Part shown: positions 8,772-17,992 of the stretch, in pieces
How positions within the stretch are numbered: the first letter of the stretch is position 1
Layout: each line of letters starts with the position of its first letter
Assembly: GCF_001465295.1 (NCBI RefSeq)
Contig: NZ_CP011034.1
Span: 3,060,001 to 3,092,000, forward strand
Origin: Pseudoalteromonas translucida KMM 520
GTDB lineage: Bacteria > Pseudomonadota > Gammaproteobacteria > Enterobacterales > Alteromonadaceae
Direction of reading: 5' to 3'
DNA length: 32,000 nucleotides
Position numbers and translations under genes: made by a program
The notes under the pieces: generated by a model
Told to the model about the DNA's origin: nothing
Database searches by the model: none
What the model saw: only the letters and a program-made list of their open reading frames with translations

Positions 8772-11129
8772 TTACTTTAAGTTTTTTATCAGCCAATATA
8801 AGTCAGAATGAACGCCTGCAGCAGTCACTTCCTTGCCGGCACCTGGGCCTTGTATAATCAAGGCATTATTGCTGTACCACTGGCTGTTAATAACAAAAAT
8901 ATTATCACCCGGGGTTAAGTTTGCTAATGCGTCATTGGGCGCAACATACGCTAACCCTACTTTGGCCGTTACGCTATCGTGCTCAATACTCAGTAAACCT
9001 GTATAACGAAGTACCGCGTTTTGTAATTTTGCATTGCGCGCATGCTCTTCAATAAAAGTATCGAGCTTATGTTTATTAGCTAAAAAGTCATCCCAACTAC
9101 CTAGCGCTAGCTCATCGGGCATTAATGGCGCTAAGGCAATGTCGTTAAGGTCTAACTCAACTCCTAACTCTCGCGCTAAAATAAGGAGCTTACGCTGCAT
9201 ATCTCGTCCCGATAAATCTTCACGCGGATCGGGTTCAGTAAAGCCCATTTGTTGCGCTTCAAGTAATAAGTCAGAAAATGCAGTGGCGCCATTATACATA
9301 CTACATAACCACGATAGCGTACCCGAAAAAACGCCTTCTATGCGTGTTATTTTATCGCCACTGTTTTGTAAGTCTGCAAGGGCAAAGTTAATTGGTAAAC
9401 CGGCACCCACACTGGCGTTATAGCGCCAATGTAAATTACGCTGTGCAATATTGTGTTGCAACGCTTTATACCAAGGAGTTGGCGCGGTACCAGCATACTT
9501 ATTAGCACTAATTAAATGACAATCAAGTGCAACAAAATCTGGGTATAGCTGGCTAAATTGCTCACTGGCGGTTATATCTATAACCACTTTATGCTCGTAA
9601 TCAAGCAGGCCAATAGCCGTTAATAAATCTTGGCTGTTATAGTCAACAGCCTCTAGTTGCCATTGGTTTTTCCAGTGCTGTACATTTATGCCGCTGGGAT
9701 TAAATAGCAGTTTTTGCGAACGTGCTAATCCTACTAACTTAATATTAAAGTCGGTTGATAAGCGTGCTAGTTGCGCCGATAACTGGCTAACAAACACATC
9801 CCCTACGTTACCAAGCCCTGCTACTATTAAGGCAATTTCTTGGCCTTTAGTGATCAGTTTATCGTGCAACACATTAAGCACATCACTATCAATAAGTTGA
9901 TCCGTCAATAGCAATACATAACCACTATCTTGATGCACAAAGCGTGGTTCAATATTATGCAAATTGAGCAGTTCGCGTGCTTGAGTGCTCAATGAATTTA
10001 TATCTTGCTCAGGGGCAACTAGCGCGCAACCATGTAGGTTAGACTCACTAATATTGGCTCTTCCAGCAAAGTAACTAACTACTTGATGGGTAGCTACTGC
10101 CGGTACTATTAGGTAAGTTTCACCCGCGCTACTAAAATGATGCAAACTATGTTGAATAAGCTGGCTAACCTGAGTTACCTCGCCCTCAACTAGTCCTTCA
10201 ACACTAAGTAAATCTATATTTTCTAATGTAGTAATAAAACGTTTTTGTTTTACACAGCCCTCTTTCACTACATTTGTTGAGCTTGCTTGCACATCAAAAC
10301 TACTGCGCACCGCAAGCTTTATATCGGTATTTTTAAGTGGCGATAATGTTTTAGCGTGTAAAACGGGATTACCTAATCGTGCCAACAAGTTAGCTTGTGC
10401 TCTACATACCTTAGCGTATTTAATGGCCTTGTTAACTTTACGTGGGTCGGTACTAAATATCCCTTGTGTATCGGTCCAAATATAGACTTGTTTAGCATTA
10501 CAATAACTTGCCAATAAGGTTGCACTGTAATCACTACCATTGCGACCAAGAGTGACCGTATCGCCCATGGTATTAGCCGCAATAAACCCTGTTACCACGT
10601 TAATTTTGTGCTGGCTAATAAGCTCACTACACTGCTGCGTATTTTGGCTATGCAATAATTGTCCACCACTTAGCGTAAACAAGCCTCTTGCGTCTTGCAT
10701 GCATGCAGCAACATTAAGTTGCTGTAAATACGCTGCGAGCAAACGAGCTGACCACAACTCACCATGGGCGAGTAACGCTGCTTCTTGCAACTGCTCAGTA
10801 CTCGCTAATTTAGTAACTAAACTTAGCTCTTCATTTAGCGTGGTTAAGGCGCTGCGCTTTAAATCCCCCTGCAGTAACTGCGTTATTAAATCACTTTGAT
10901 GATTGTTTAACTGCAATACAATATCAGCGAGCGCTTGAGTATCGTGCTGCTGATAACTTTGCCACAGTTTTACTAATGTATCTGTGGTTTTCCCCGCAGC
11001 CGATACCACTACACAATCACCAGGCTGAGCTTGCCCTAAAATTATTTTTGCAACGCTTTTATAGCGCTCGGCTGAGCTTAAACTCGAACCACCAAATTTA
11101 TGAATATTATTAGTCATATTAATTACCAC
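8772..11129 (-). CDS. metL: bifunctional aspartokinase II / homoserine dehydrogenase II
   Basis: 785 aa. The N-terminal aspartokinase motif is HKFGGSSL. The C-terminal homoserine dehydrogenase part has a GLGNVG Rossmann motif. It sits immediately downstream of metB, as in the E. coli metBL operon. The ORF-track start (GTG at 11129) overlaps metB by 7 nt. The ATG at 11117 (MTNNIHKFGG) is an alternative start. Confidence 0.93.
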   Translation of the reverse strand: MVINMTNNIHKFGGSSLSSAERYKSVAKIILGQAQPGDCVVVSAAGKTTDTLVKLWQSYQQHDTQALADIVLQLNNHQSDLITQLLQGDLKRSALTTLNEELSLVTKLASTEQLQEAALLAHGELWSARLLAAYLQQLNVAACMQDARGLFTLSGGQLLHSQNTQQCSELISQHKINVVTGFIAANTMGDTVTLGRNGSDYSATLLASYCNAKQVYIWTDTQGIFSTDPRKVNKAIKYAKVCRAQANLLARLGNPVLHAKTLSPLKNTDIKLAVRSSFDVQASSTNVVKEGCVKQKRFITTLENIDLLSVEGLVEGEVTQVSQLIQHSLHHFSSAGETYLIVPAVATHQVVSYFAGRANISESNLHGCALVAPEQDINSLSTQARELLNLHNIEPRFVHQDSGYVLLLTDQLIDSDVLNVLHDKLITKGQEIALIVAGLGNVGDVFVSQLSAQLARLSTDFNIKLVGLARSQKLLFNPSGINVQHWKNQWQLEAVDYNSQDLLTAIGLLDYEHKVVIDITASEQFSQLYPDFVALDCHLISANKYAGTAPTPWYKALQHNIAQRNLHWRYNASVGAGLPINFALADLQNSGDKITRIEGVFSGTLSWLCSMYNGATAFSDLLLEAQQMGFTEPDPREDLSGRDMQRKLLILARELGVELDLNDIALAPLMPDELALGSWDDFLANKHKLDTFIEEHARNAKLQNAVLRYTGLLSIEHDSVTAKVGLAYVAPNDALANLTPGDNIFVINSQWYSNNALIIQGPGAGKEVTAAGVHSDLYWLIKNLK

Positions 11130-12361
11130 AACGCCGGGTGAGCAGCGCTCAATTTAACATTACTACTTGCGCTAGCACCTGCTTTACCTGCGTTATTGTG
11201 CTGGCCTGGTTGCACTAAATTAAATACCCGATCAAAGTCTGCTAATAAATCTGCTACATCTTCAATACCTACCGACACACGAATAAGCGTATCGCCAACG
11301 CCAGCGGCTAAACGAGCCTCGGCTTCCATTCCTGCATGCGTCATTGTTGCTGGGTGGCATATTAAGCTCTCTACGCCACCTAAAGATTCAGCTAAGCTAA
11401 ATGTTTGTAGGTTTGTTAAAAATGCTGCGGCGTCATTCACATCACCTTTAATGTCAAAACTAACCATGCCACCAAAACCAAGTTGCTGTGCTTTAGCTAA
11501 TTCATGTTGTGGATGCGACTCTAGCCCCGGGTAATATACTTGGCTAACAAATTTTGAGCTTTCAAGGTACTTAGCAATAGCTAAGGCGTTTTCTTGATGC
11601 TGCCGTAAGCGTACATTTAAAGTACGCAAGCCACGCAAGGTTAAATAACTATCGAACGGTGCCCCCGTTATGCCAATATTATTTGCCCACCAAGCCAGTT
11701 CTTCACCTAGTGCGTCAGTTGCAGCAATAACCGCACCGCCAACCACATCTGAGTGGCCATTTATGTATTTAGTGGTTGAGTGCACCACAATATCAACGCC
11801 AAATTTAATCGGATTTTGTAATGCGGGCGATAAAAAAGTGTTATCTGCGGCGACCAAAGCACCGCATTGCTTAGCAATATCGGTTACTGCTTTAATGTCA
11901 GTTAAACGTAAAATAGGATTGCTCGGGGTTTCTATCCAAATTAACTTAGGTTTAATTACTAAAATTTGCTGCAAACTTTCTGGTTTAGTTAAATCTAACA
12001 CTTCGAGCTTTAATAGGCCGCGCTTTTGTAATGAGGTAAATAAACGGTAGCTGCCGCCATAACAGTCGTGGGGGATCACTAACGTATCGTCATTATTAAG
12101 CAGCTGAGTGGCTAAATGTACGGCAGCCATTCCTGTTGCAGTAATAATGCCGCGAGCGCCACCTTCAAGCTCGCTGAGTGCTTGGGCTAAAGTATCACGA
12201 TTTGGATTACCACTACGGCCATAGTCATATTGACGTTTTTTATCAAAGTCGGCAAACGAATAAGTGGTTGATAAATACAGCGGAGGTACAACCGCGCCAT
12301 GGTGCTTATCAGCATCGACACCACTGCGAACTGCAATTGTCGCTTTATTTTTTTCGCTCAT
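11123..12361 (-). CDS. metB: cystathionine gamma-synthase (PLP-dependent)
   Basis: 412 aa of the Cys/Met-metabolism PLP family, with HSTTKYINGHSD containing the PLP lysine. It is divergent from metJ with met boxes in between. It carries a low-complexity C-terminal tail of about 30 aa beyond the usual end (see findings). Confidence 0.93.
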   Translation of the reverse strand: MSEKNKATIAVRSGVDADKHHGAVVPPLYLSTTYSFADFDKKRQYDYGRSGNPNRDTLAQALSELEGGARGIITATGMAAVHLATQLLNNDDTLVIPHDCYGGSYRLFTSLQKRGLLKLEVLDLTKPESLQQILVIKPKLIWIETPSNPILRLTDIKAVTDIAKQCGALVAADNTFLSPALQNPIKFGVDIVVHSTTKYINGHSDVVGGAVIAATDALGEELAWWANNIGITGAPFDSYLTLRGLRTLNVRLRQHQENALAIAKYLESSKFVSQVYYPGLESHPQHELAKAQQLGFGGMVSFDIKGDVNDAAAFLTNLQTFSLAESLGGVESLICHPATMTHAGMEAEARLAAGVGDTLIRVSVGIEDVADLLADFDRVFNLVQPGQHNNAGKAGASASSNVKLSAAHPALW

Positions 12362-12381
12362 ATTTATTACCTGCTTTATTT

Positions 12382-12405
12382 AGATGTTTAGACGTCTAAA
12401 ACATT
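12382..12405. promoter_or_regulatory. MetJ operator (tandem met boxes)
   Basis: The sequence is AGATGTTT AGACGTCT AAAACATT. The central 8-mer is a perfect match to the met-box consensus AGACGTCT, the left box matches 6/8, and the whole site is nearly palindromic. It lies 21-44 nt upstream of the metB start codon in the metB/metJ divergent region. Confidence 0.7.
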
Positions 12406-12465
12406 AATTCATTCAACTTAAGAAGTCAAAACATTTAAACACCTAGCCTTCTGTGCAACAAGTAT

Positions 12466-12493
12466 TTGACTAATTTGTTTAAATCGATAGAAT
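12466..12493 (+). promoter_or_regulatory. candidate sigma70 promoter for metJ
   Basis: TTGACT (12466-12471), a 16-nt spacer, then TAGAAT (12488-12493). This is about 70 nt upstream of the metJ ATG. The call is by sequence pattern only. Confidence 0.4.
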
Positions 12494-12560
12494 TTCACGC
12501 ATATTCACGCTATTTTTTAGTAGGGTGAGCAATTAATAATCTGAGGCAACGATACATCTT

Positions 12561-12881
12561 ATGGCAAAATGGAATGGCGAGTATATTCACCCATACGCAG
12601 AACACGGGAAAAAATCAGAGCAAGTTAAAAAGATCACCGTTTCGATCCCGCTAAATGTATTAAAAGTACTAACCGATGAACGCACCCGTAGGCAAATTAA
12701 TAACTTACGTCATGCAACTAATAGCGAGCTATTATGTGAAGCGTTTTTACATGCGTTTACCGGGCAACCGTTACCTAACGATGATGATTTACGTAAAGAT
12801 AACGCCGAAAAAGTGCCTGAAGAAGTGAAAAAAATAATGCAAGAAATGGGCTTAGAAGTTCCTGTTTTAAACGAAGACTAA
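12561..12881 (+). CDS. metJ: methionine repressor MetJ
   Basis: 106 aa. [72 protein letters not shown] is almost residue-for-residue the E. coli MetJ sequence as I remember it. Confidence 0.97.
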   Translation: MAKWNGEYIHPYAEHGKKSEQVKKITVSIPLNVLKVLTDERTRRQINNLRHATNSELLCEAFLHAFTGQPLPNDDDLRKDNAEKVPEEVKKIMQEMGLEVPVLNED

Positions 12882-12897
12882 ACAGCTGCTTTTAAAC

Positions 12898-12928
12898 AAA
12901 AAAACCTCAGCCATGCTGAGGTTTTTTT
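12898..12928. terminator. bidirectional intrinsic terminator between convergent metJ and the malic enzyme gene
   Basis: The sequence is AAAAAAACCTCAGC cat GCTGAGGTTTTTTT. The 7-bp GC-containing stem is extended by complementary A and T runs. Confidence 0.85.
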
Positions 12929-12978
12929 ATGGCTATAAATTACACTGAAGTAACTTAACACCGAGTAAATAATGCTGC

Positions 12979-14220
12979 TTATTCCATATAGTTTGCTGGC
13001 AGCTCTATTTGCGCTACGCCTGAAGCAATAGCCGCTAATGCAACCGCTTTAGCAATACGCGGCAATAAACGCGGGTCCATAGGTTTAGGAATAATATACT
13101 CTGCACCAAACGCTAGCTTATCTACACCGGCTGCTTTTAGCACTTCTACCGGAACCGGCTCTTTGGCAATGCTGCGAATAGCTTCAACCGCTGCAATTTT
13201 CATTTCATCGTTAATTTCACTAGCACGTACATCAAGCGCACCACGGAAAATAAACGGAAAACACAACACGTTATTAACTTGGTTAGGGTAATCTGAGCGC
13301 CCTGTTGCCATAATTAAATCGCTACGTGCGCCGTGTGCCAGTGCCGGATCAATCTCAGGATCTGGGTTCGAACAAGCAAATACGACTGGCCTTGCCGCCA
13401 TTAATTTTAAATCATCGGCCGATAACAAGTTAGGGCCCGATACACCAACAAATACGTCGGCATCTTCAATTACATCTTGTAATGTGCGCTTATCGGTATT
13501 GTTAGCAAATAACTGTTTGTACTCGTTTAAATCATCACGGCGAGTGTGAATAACACCTTTACGATCAAGCATATAAATATGTTCACGCAGTGCACCACAC
13601 TTAATTAATAACTCCATACAAGCAATCGCAGCAGCGCCGGCACCTAAACATACAATAACTGCATCTTCAATATCTTTGCCTTGCACTTCCAGCGCATTTA
13701 TCATGCCTGCAGCCGTTACAATAGCCGTGCCGTGCTGATCATCATGAAAAACAGGAATACTACAGCGTTCAATAAGCGCCTTTTCAATTTCAAAACACTC
13801 AGGTGCTTTAATATCTTCAAGGTTAATACCGCCAAAAGTATCAGCAATATTAGCCACAGTATTTATAAAGTCTTCGGTAGTGCGGTGTTTTACTTCAATA
13901 TCAATTGAATCAATACCTGCAAAGCGTTTAAATAACAACGCCTTACCTTCCATTACCGGTTTTGATGCTAACGGGCCTAAATTTCCTAAGCCTAAAATGG
14001 CAGTACCATTGGTGATCACTGCAACCAAATTACCTTTACCTGTGTACTTATAGGCATTTACAGGGTCAGCAGCAATTTCACGCACCGGCTCAGCTACACC
14101 GGGGCTATAAGCTAAAGCGAGATCATGAGCCGTTTCTGCAGGCTTGGTTAGCTCAATGCTGATTTTACCTGGAACGGGGTGAGAGTGATAATGTAGTGCT
14201 TGTTCACGAAAGTCCGACAT
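12979..14220 (-). CDS. maeB: NAD(P)-dependent malic enzyme, short form (no phosphotransacetylase-like domain)
   Basis: 413 aa, collinear with residues 1 to about 425 of E. coli MaeB. Shared motifs include HPVPGKI, LALAYSPGVA, GNLVAVITNGTAILGLGN, INLEDIKAPECF, VFHDDQHGTA, GAGAAAIAC and YPNQVNNVLCFPFIFRGALD. It ends cleanly before a terminator. The symbol is given by similarity to the MaeB catalytic half only. Confidence 0.88.
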   Translation of the reverse strand: MSDFREQALHYHSHPVPGKISIELTKPAETAHDLALAYSPGVAEPVREIAADPVNAYKYTGKGNLVAVITNGTAILGLGNLGPLASKPVMEGKALLFKRFAGIDSIDIEVKHRTTEDFINTVANIADTFGGINLEDIKAPECFEIEKALIERCSIPVFHDDQHGTAIVTAAGMINALEVQGKDIEDAVIVCLGAGAAAIACMELLIKCGALREHIYMLDRKGVIHTRRDDLNEYKQLFANNTDKRTLQDVIEDADVFVGVSGPNLLSADDLKLMAARPVVFACSNPDPEIDPALAHGARSDLIMATGRSDYPNQVNNVLCFPFIFRGALDVRASEINDEMKIAAVEAIRSIAKEPVPVEVLKAAGVDKLAFGAEYIIPKPMDPRLLPRIAKAVALAAIASGVAQIELPANYME

Positions 14221-14719
14221 AACGCGATTATATCCTGCAATTTAAGTTAAAGTGAGAGGGAGTAAAGCGACACTTAACATGCCTTAAAGTACGATACCCT
14301 TATTATTTTTAAATTCCAAGCAATATCAGGTCTATCCTGTTATATGCTAGATCTGTTAATTTTAAGCGAATTTTCAGCAACTTCGATAAAAACACTGCTA
14401 CTTTTCATAAATATAAATTGTGCTAAAAGACACTTTTTAAGCTTATTTTAGTTAAAAGTATTATTCATAAAACAGTGTTTATAAAACGTAAATAAAATCA
14501 GCTAAAAGCGATTATTTATTCTGCTTTAACAACACATAGCTTCATGTTGGCTACTTTTAGAAACCGAGTTTAAAATTAAGCTATTAAAAATATAGAGAAT
14601 ATTACGTCATTTGTCTGCAAAGGTTTATGCATACCGAGAATAAGAACAGGAAATAGTTATGCAAAGGCAAAAACTTAAAACTAACGAGGTTAGGGGGAAG
14701 TTAGAGGATTTTTAGGCAT

Positions 14720-14747
14720 AAAAAAAGCATCCTAAGATGCTTTTTTT
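14720..14747. terminator. intrinsic terminator downstream of rpmE (bidirectional shape)
   Basis: The sequence is AAAAAAAGCATC ctaa GATGCTTTTTTT, located 17 nt after the rpmE stop codon. Confidence 0.85.
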
Positions 14748-14763
14748 AACTAAATAGCAATAA

Positions 14764-14979
14764 TTACTTTTTGCTACCAAGTGCACCGAAACGCTTGTTG
14801 AAACGATCAACACGTCCGCCAGTGTCTAAAATCTTTTGCTTACCAGTGTAAAACGGGTGACACGCAGAACAAACGTCTAGGTGAATATTTTTACACAGAG
14901 TAGAGCTAGTTTCGAATTCGTTTCCACATGAACAAGTTGCAGAAATTACTTCGTACTTAGGGTGAATACCTTCTTTCAT
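14764..14979 (-). CDS. rpmE: 50S ribosomal protein L31 (zinc-ribbon type A)
   Basis: 71 aa beginning MKEGIHPKY, with the CxC ... CxxC cysteines (C16, C18, C37, C40). A GAGG Shine-Dalgarno lies 5 nt upstream. It is divergent from priA, as in E. coli. Confidence 0.97.
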   Translation of the reverse strand: MKEGIHPKYEVISATCSCGNEFETSSTLCKNIHLDVCSACHPFYTGKQKILDTGGRVDRFNKRFGALGSKK

Positions 14980-15235
14980 AGAAACCTCTAGTTAAGGCCG
15001 CATCGCTCTCCAAACCCGGAGTCTGGCACCATACGTCGTTAAAACAAATTTATTGGTGGCGGATTTTATCCAACAACCATCAAGCACACAAGCATTAATT
15101 AGTATTTTTGCTAAAAAAATAACCATTTTGAGTAAACAAGGTTATTTGGTAGTAGGTTTTTAGCTGTATTTTTAGTACATTAGGGCCAAGTATTAGCACG
15201 CCCTCCCCCATTATTTTTTTAACAGTTGAGTTACT

Positions 15236-17422
15236 ATGTATTTTGTTGAAGTTGCTATAAAAGTTCCACTACCGCGCACCTTTGATTATAAAGTAGATAG
15301 CCAGCTTGGTGAAGCTTCAGCGCCATTAAAACCCGGAATGCGGGTGTTAGTCCCCTTTGGTAATCAACGTAAAGTAGCCGTAGTTTTAGCGCTTAAAACA
15401 ACAACCGAAGTGCCTGAAAACAAAATAAAGGCAATTTTTGAAATTATCGACGATACCCCAATTTTATCTGCAGAGCACATAGAGTTACTACGCTTTACGG
15501 CACGTTATTATTGCTACCCGCTGGGTGAAACCATTCATATTGCATTGCCAAGCGCACTACGCCAAGGCGAATCGCCTGATAAAACCAGCATTAATATGGT
15601 AGCCCTAACTGAAAAAGGCGCGCTGCTGCCGTCATTAAAAGCTAAAACTCAGCTTAATTTACTAAAACAGCTATCGCAATCAGGCAAGTCGTCATTAACC
15701 GAGTTAAAAGCTTTAGGCTTTAGTAAAAAAACCATTGATAGCTTAATAGATAAGGCACTCATAACGCAGTCAATTGAGCATGATAATCACTGGCAAAGTG
15801 TAGCCCCAACAGTGGGTAGCAAACCAACACTTAACAAAGAGCAAGCGGTAGCCTGCACCACAATTAATCAAAGCAGCGATTTTAGCAGTTTTTTATTAGA
15901 AGGTGTAACCGGTAGCGGCAAAACAGAAGTGTACTTACAATGTTTAGAAGAAGTACTAAAGCGCGGCGAACAAGCACTAGTATTAGTGCCCGAAATAGGC
16001 TTAACCCCGCAAACAGTTAACCGCTTTCGCCGCCGTTTTCCCGACACCCCCATTATGCTTTGGCATTCAGCTTTAACCGATAATGAACGCTTACAAACCT
16101 GGCGTTTTTGCGAAAAAGCCAGCTGCGCCATAGTAATAGGCACACGTTCGAGTATTTTTCTGCCATTTTTAAAGCTCGGCATGATAGTGGTTGATGAAGA
16201 GCATGACTCGTCTTTTAAACAGCAAGACACGCTGCGCTACCATGCCCGTGATTTAGCTGCGTATCGTGCATATCAGCATAAAATCCCGCTTATATTAGGC
16301 AGTGCAACACCGGCACTCGAAACTCTGCACAAAGCAATTAATAATAAATACCAACTGCTGAGCCTTACAGAGCGTGCGCAAACCGCTACCGATAACCAAT
16401 TTAAATTACTCGATATGAAAGGCCAGCCCGACCAAGCAGGCATTGCGCATGCCAGCCTTGCTACCATGCGCCAACATTTAAAGCGCGGCAAACAAGTGAT
16501 GGTGTTTTTAAATCGTCGTGGATTTTCGCCCACGTTAATTTGCCATGAATGTGGCTGGTTAAGCGAATGCAAGCGTTGCAGCACCAGCGCCACTTTTCAT
16601 AAAGCGATTGGGCAAATGATTTGCCATCACTGTGGCGATCAATATCATGTTCCACACCAATGCCCCGACTGCGGTAGCACGCAAATTTTTCCTAATGGTA
16701 AAGGCACTGAGCAAATAGAAGAGTTTTTATCGAGTGAATTTCCACAAATTCCTGTTACACGTATCGACCGCGACTCTACTCGTCGTAAAGGCAGCCTTGA
16801 AAAAGCACTGGATGAAATAAACCTAGGCGGCGCGCGCATTTTAGTTGGCACGCAAATGTTAGCTAAAGGACATCACTTTGCCGATGTAAGTTTAGTGGTT
16901 ATTTTAGACGTAGACAGCGGCTTGTACTCCTGTGATTTTAGAGCAACTGAGCATTTAGCCCAACTTGTTACGCAAGTGGCCGGACGTGCTGGGCGCTCAG
17001 GTGAGGCAGGCCAAGTGTTATTGCAAACACATTTTCCTGAGCACCCACTATTACAAGATTTGGTTAATAATGGTTATCAGGATTTTGCTCGCTTTGCATT
17101 GCGTGAACGTGAAGATGCAGACCTACCACCAATCACAAATATGGCCATTGTTCGCGCCCAAGGACACAATATAAAACAAGTCGTCGATTTTTTGACAGAT
17201 TTGGTTCCAGTAAGCGGGGTAACTGGTATACAATTGCTCGGTCCAATACCTGCTCCTCTCGAAAAAGTAGCTGGTATGTATCGTTTTCAATTACACATTC
17301 AAGCGCAAGATCGCCGCGTATTGCACCAATATCTTGCGCAAATGGTTGATTATCTAAGCACTAGCAAACTTGCACAAAAAGTACGCTGGAGCCTAGACGT
17401 AGACCCTATAGACATGATTTAG
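15236..17422 (+). CDS. priA: primosomal replication-restart helicase PriA
   Basis: 728 aa. The N-terminal motif VAIKVPLPRTFDY, the Walker A motif GVTGSGKTEVY and the DEEH box are present. The cysteine-rich zinc region (CHECGW..CKRC...CHHCG...CPDCGS) is also present. Confidence 0.95.
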   Translation: MYFVEVAIKVPLPRTFDYKVDSQLGEASAPLKPGMRVLVPFGNQRKVAVVLALKTTTEVPENKIKAIFEIIDDTPILSAEHIELLRFTARYYCYPLGETIHIALPSALRQGESPDKTSINMVALTEKGALLPSLKAKTQLNLLKQLSQSGKSSLTELKALGFSKKTIDSLIDKALITQSIEHDNHWQSVAPTVGSKPTLNKEQAVACTTINQSSDFSSFLLEGVTGSGKTEVYLQCLEEVLKRGEQALVLVPEIGLTPQTVNRFRRRFPDTPIMLWHSALTDNERLQTWRFCEKASCAIVIGTRSSIFLPFLKLGMIVVDEEHDSSFKQQDTLRYHARDLAAYRAYQHKIPLILGSATPALETLHKAINNKYQLLSLTERAQTATDNQFKLLDMKGQPDQAGIAHASLATMRQHLKRGKQVMVFLNRRGFSPTLICHECGWLSECKRCSTSATFHKAIGQMICHHCGDQYHVPHQCPDCGSTQIFPNGKGTEQIEEFLSSEFPQIPVTRIDRDSTRRKGSLEKALDEINLGGARILVGTQMLAKGHHFADVSLVVILDVDSGLYSCDFRATEHLAQLVTQVAGRAGRSGEAGQVLLQTHFPEHPLLQDLVNNGYQDFARFALREREDADLPPITNMAIVRAQGHNIKQVVDFLTDLVPVSGVTGIQLLGPIPAPLEKVAGMYRFQLHIQAQDRRVLHQYLAQMVDYLSTSKLAQKVRWSLDVDPIDMI

Positions 17423-17442
17423 GTTAAGGCCAAAATAAAGCT

Positions 17443-17970
17443 ATGGCACAGCACGATTACATTAACAAAAAACCAGCAAACCGCAAAAAAGCGAAATCTG
17501 CACCCGCTAAAAAACCCTTTCCAATACTGTTAGTTTTAATTGTTACTTTATTGGTGGCAGGTTTTGCTTATGGCTTATGGTTTATTAAAAATAACGCCGA
17601 TCCTGAGCTAGTTGAAAAACAAGCTAACCCTGTACCTACAACCCCTGTAGAAGTTGTTGTACCACGTACGCCTGCGTTTATTAAAGAAATTAGAAACCAC
17701 GAAATTCAGGTTGAAGTAAAAGAACTTGAACAAAAAGGCCCTTACGTTATGCAGTGCGGCTCGTTTAGAACCTACCCGCAGGCTGAATCGTTAAAAGCTA
17801 AAATAGCCTTTGCAGGGCTTATTTCTGAAATAAAAGAGACCACAGGCAGCAGTGGCATTTGGTATAAAGTACGCTTAGGCCCTTATAAAACCAAGCGCCA
17901 AGCTGAGAGCGATAAAAATAAACTTAAACGTGTAAAAATAGTCGGCTGCGGAATTTGGGGCTGGACTTGA
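17443..17970 (+). CDS. ftsN: cell division protein FtsN (short form, SPOR domain)
   Basis: 175 aa. It begins MAQHDYINKK (E. coli FtsN begins MAQRDY) and has a single TM segment. A short region (AFIKEIRNHE) sits where the essential FtsN peptide WRYIKELE lies. The C-terminal SPOR domain is YVMQCGSFRTYPQAESLKAKIAFAG...RLGPY. Its position between priA and hslV matches E. coli. Confidence 0.85.
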   Translation: MAQHDYINKKPANRKKAKSAPAKKPFPILLVLIVTLLVAGFAYGLWFIKNNADPELVEKQANPVPTTPVEVVVPRTPAFIKEIRNHEIQVEVKELEQKGPYVMQCGSFRTYPQAESLKAKIAFAGLISEIKETTGSSGIWYKVRLGPYKTKRQAESDKNKLKRVKIVGCGIWGWT

Positions 17971-17992
17971 AAATAAACCATTCACCCATATA
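17966..17992 (+). promoter_or_regulatory. candidate sigma32 (heat-shock) promoter for hslVU
   Basis: CTTGAAA (17966-17972) is followed by ACCCATAT, with 12 nt between the CTTGAA hexamer and ACCCATAT (17984-17991). The consensus is CTTGAA-N13-15-CCCCATNT, so the spacer is one nt shorter than the E. coli examples I recall. It lies about 60 nt upstream of the hslV ATG and overlaps the ftsN stop codon. hslVU is a sigma32 operon in E. coli. Confidence 0.5.

Noticed and set aside
12421-12448. A second met-box cluster (AGAAGTCA AAACATTT AAACACCT) nearer to metJ.
   Set aside because: Individual boxes match the AGACGTCT consensus at only 3-6 of 8 positions. That is too weak to call without a position weight matrix score or comparative support.
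12979-14220. The possibility that the 413-aa malic enzyme is a truncated maeB pseudogene, because the phosphotransacetylase-like C-terminal domain of about 330 aa is missing.
   Set aside because: The ORF is intact across the whole catalytic and NAD(P) domain and ends cleanly 50 nt before a strong terminator. No PTA-like coding remnant lies downstream. Short-form malic enzymes of about 400 aa are a well-known class.
14659-14715. An 18-codon ORF with an upstream AGGA, just before the rpmE terminator, considered as a small-protein gene.
   Set aside because: It is too short and has no conservation information to support calling it a gene. I keep it only as a testable note under the intergenic-region finding.
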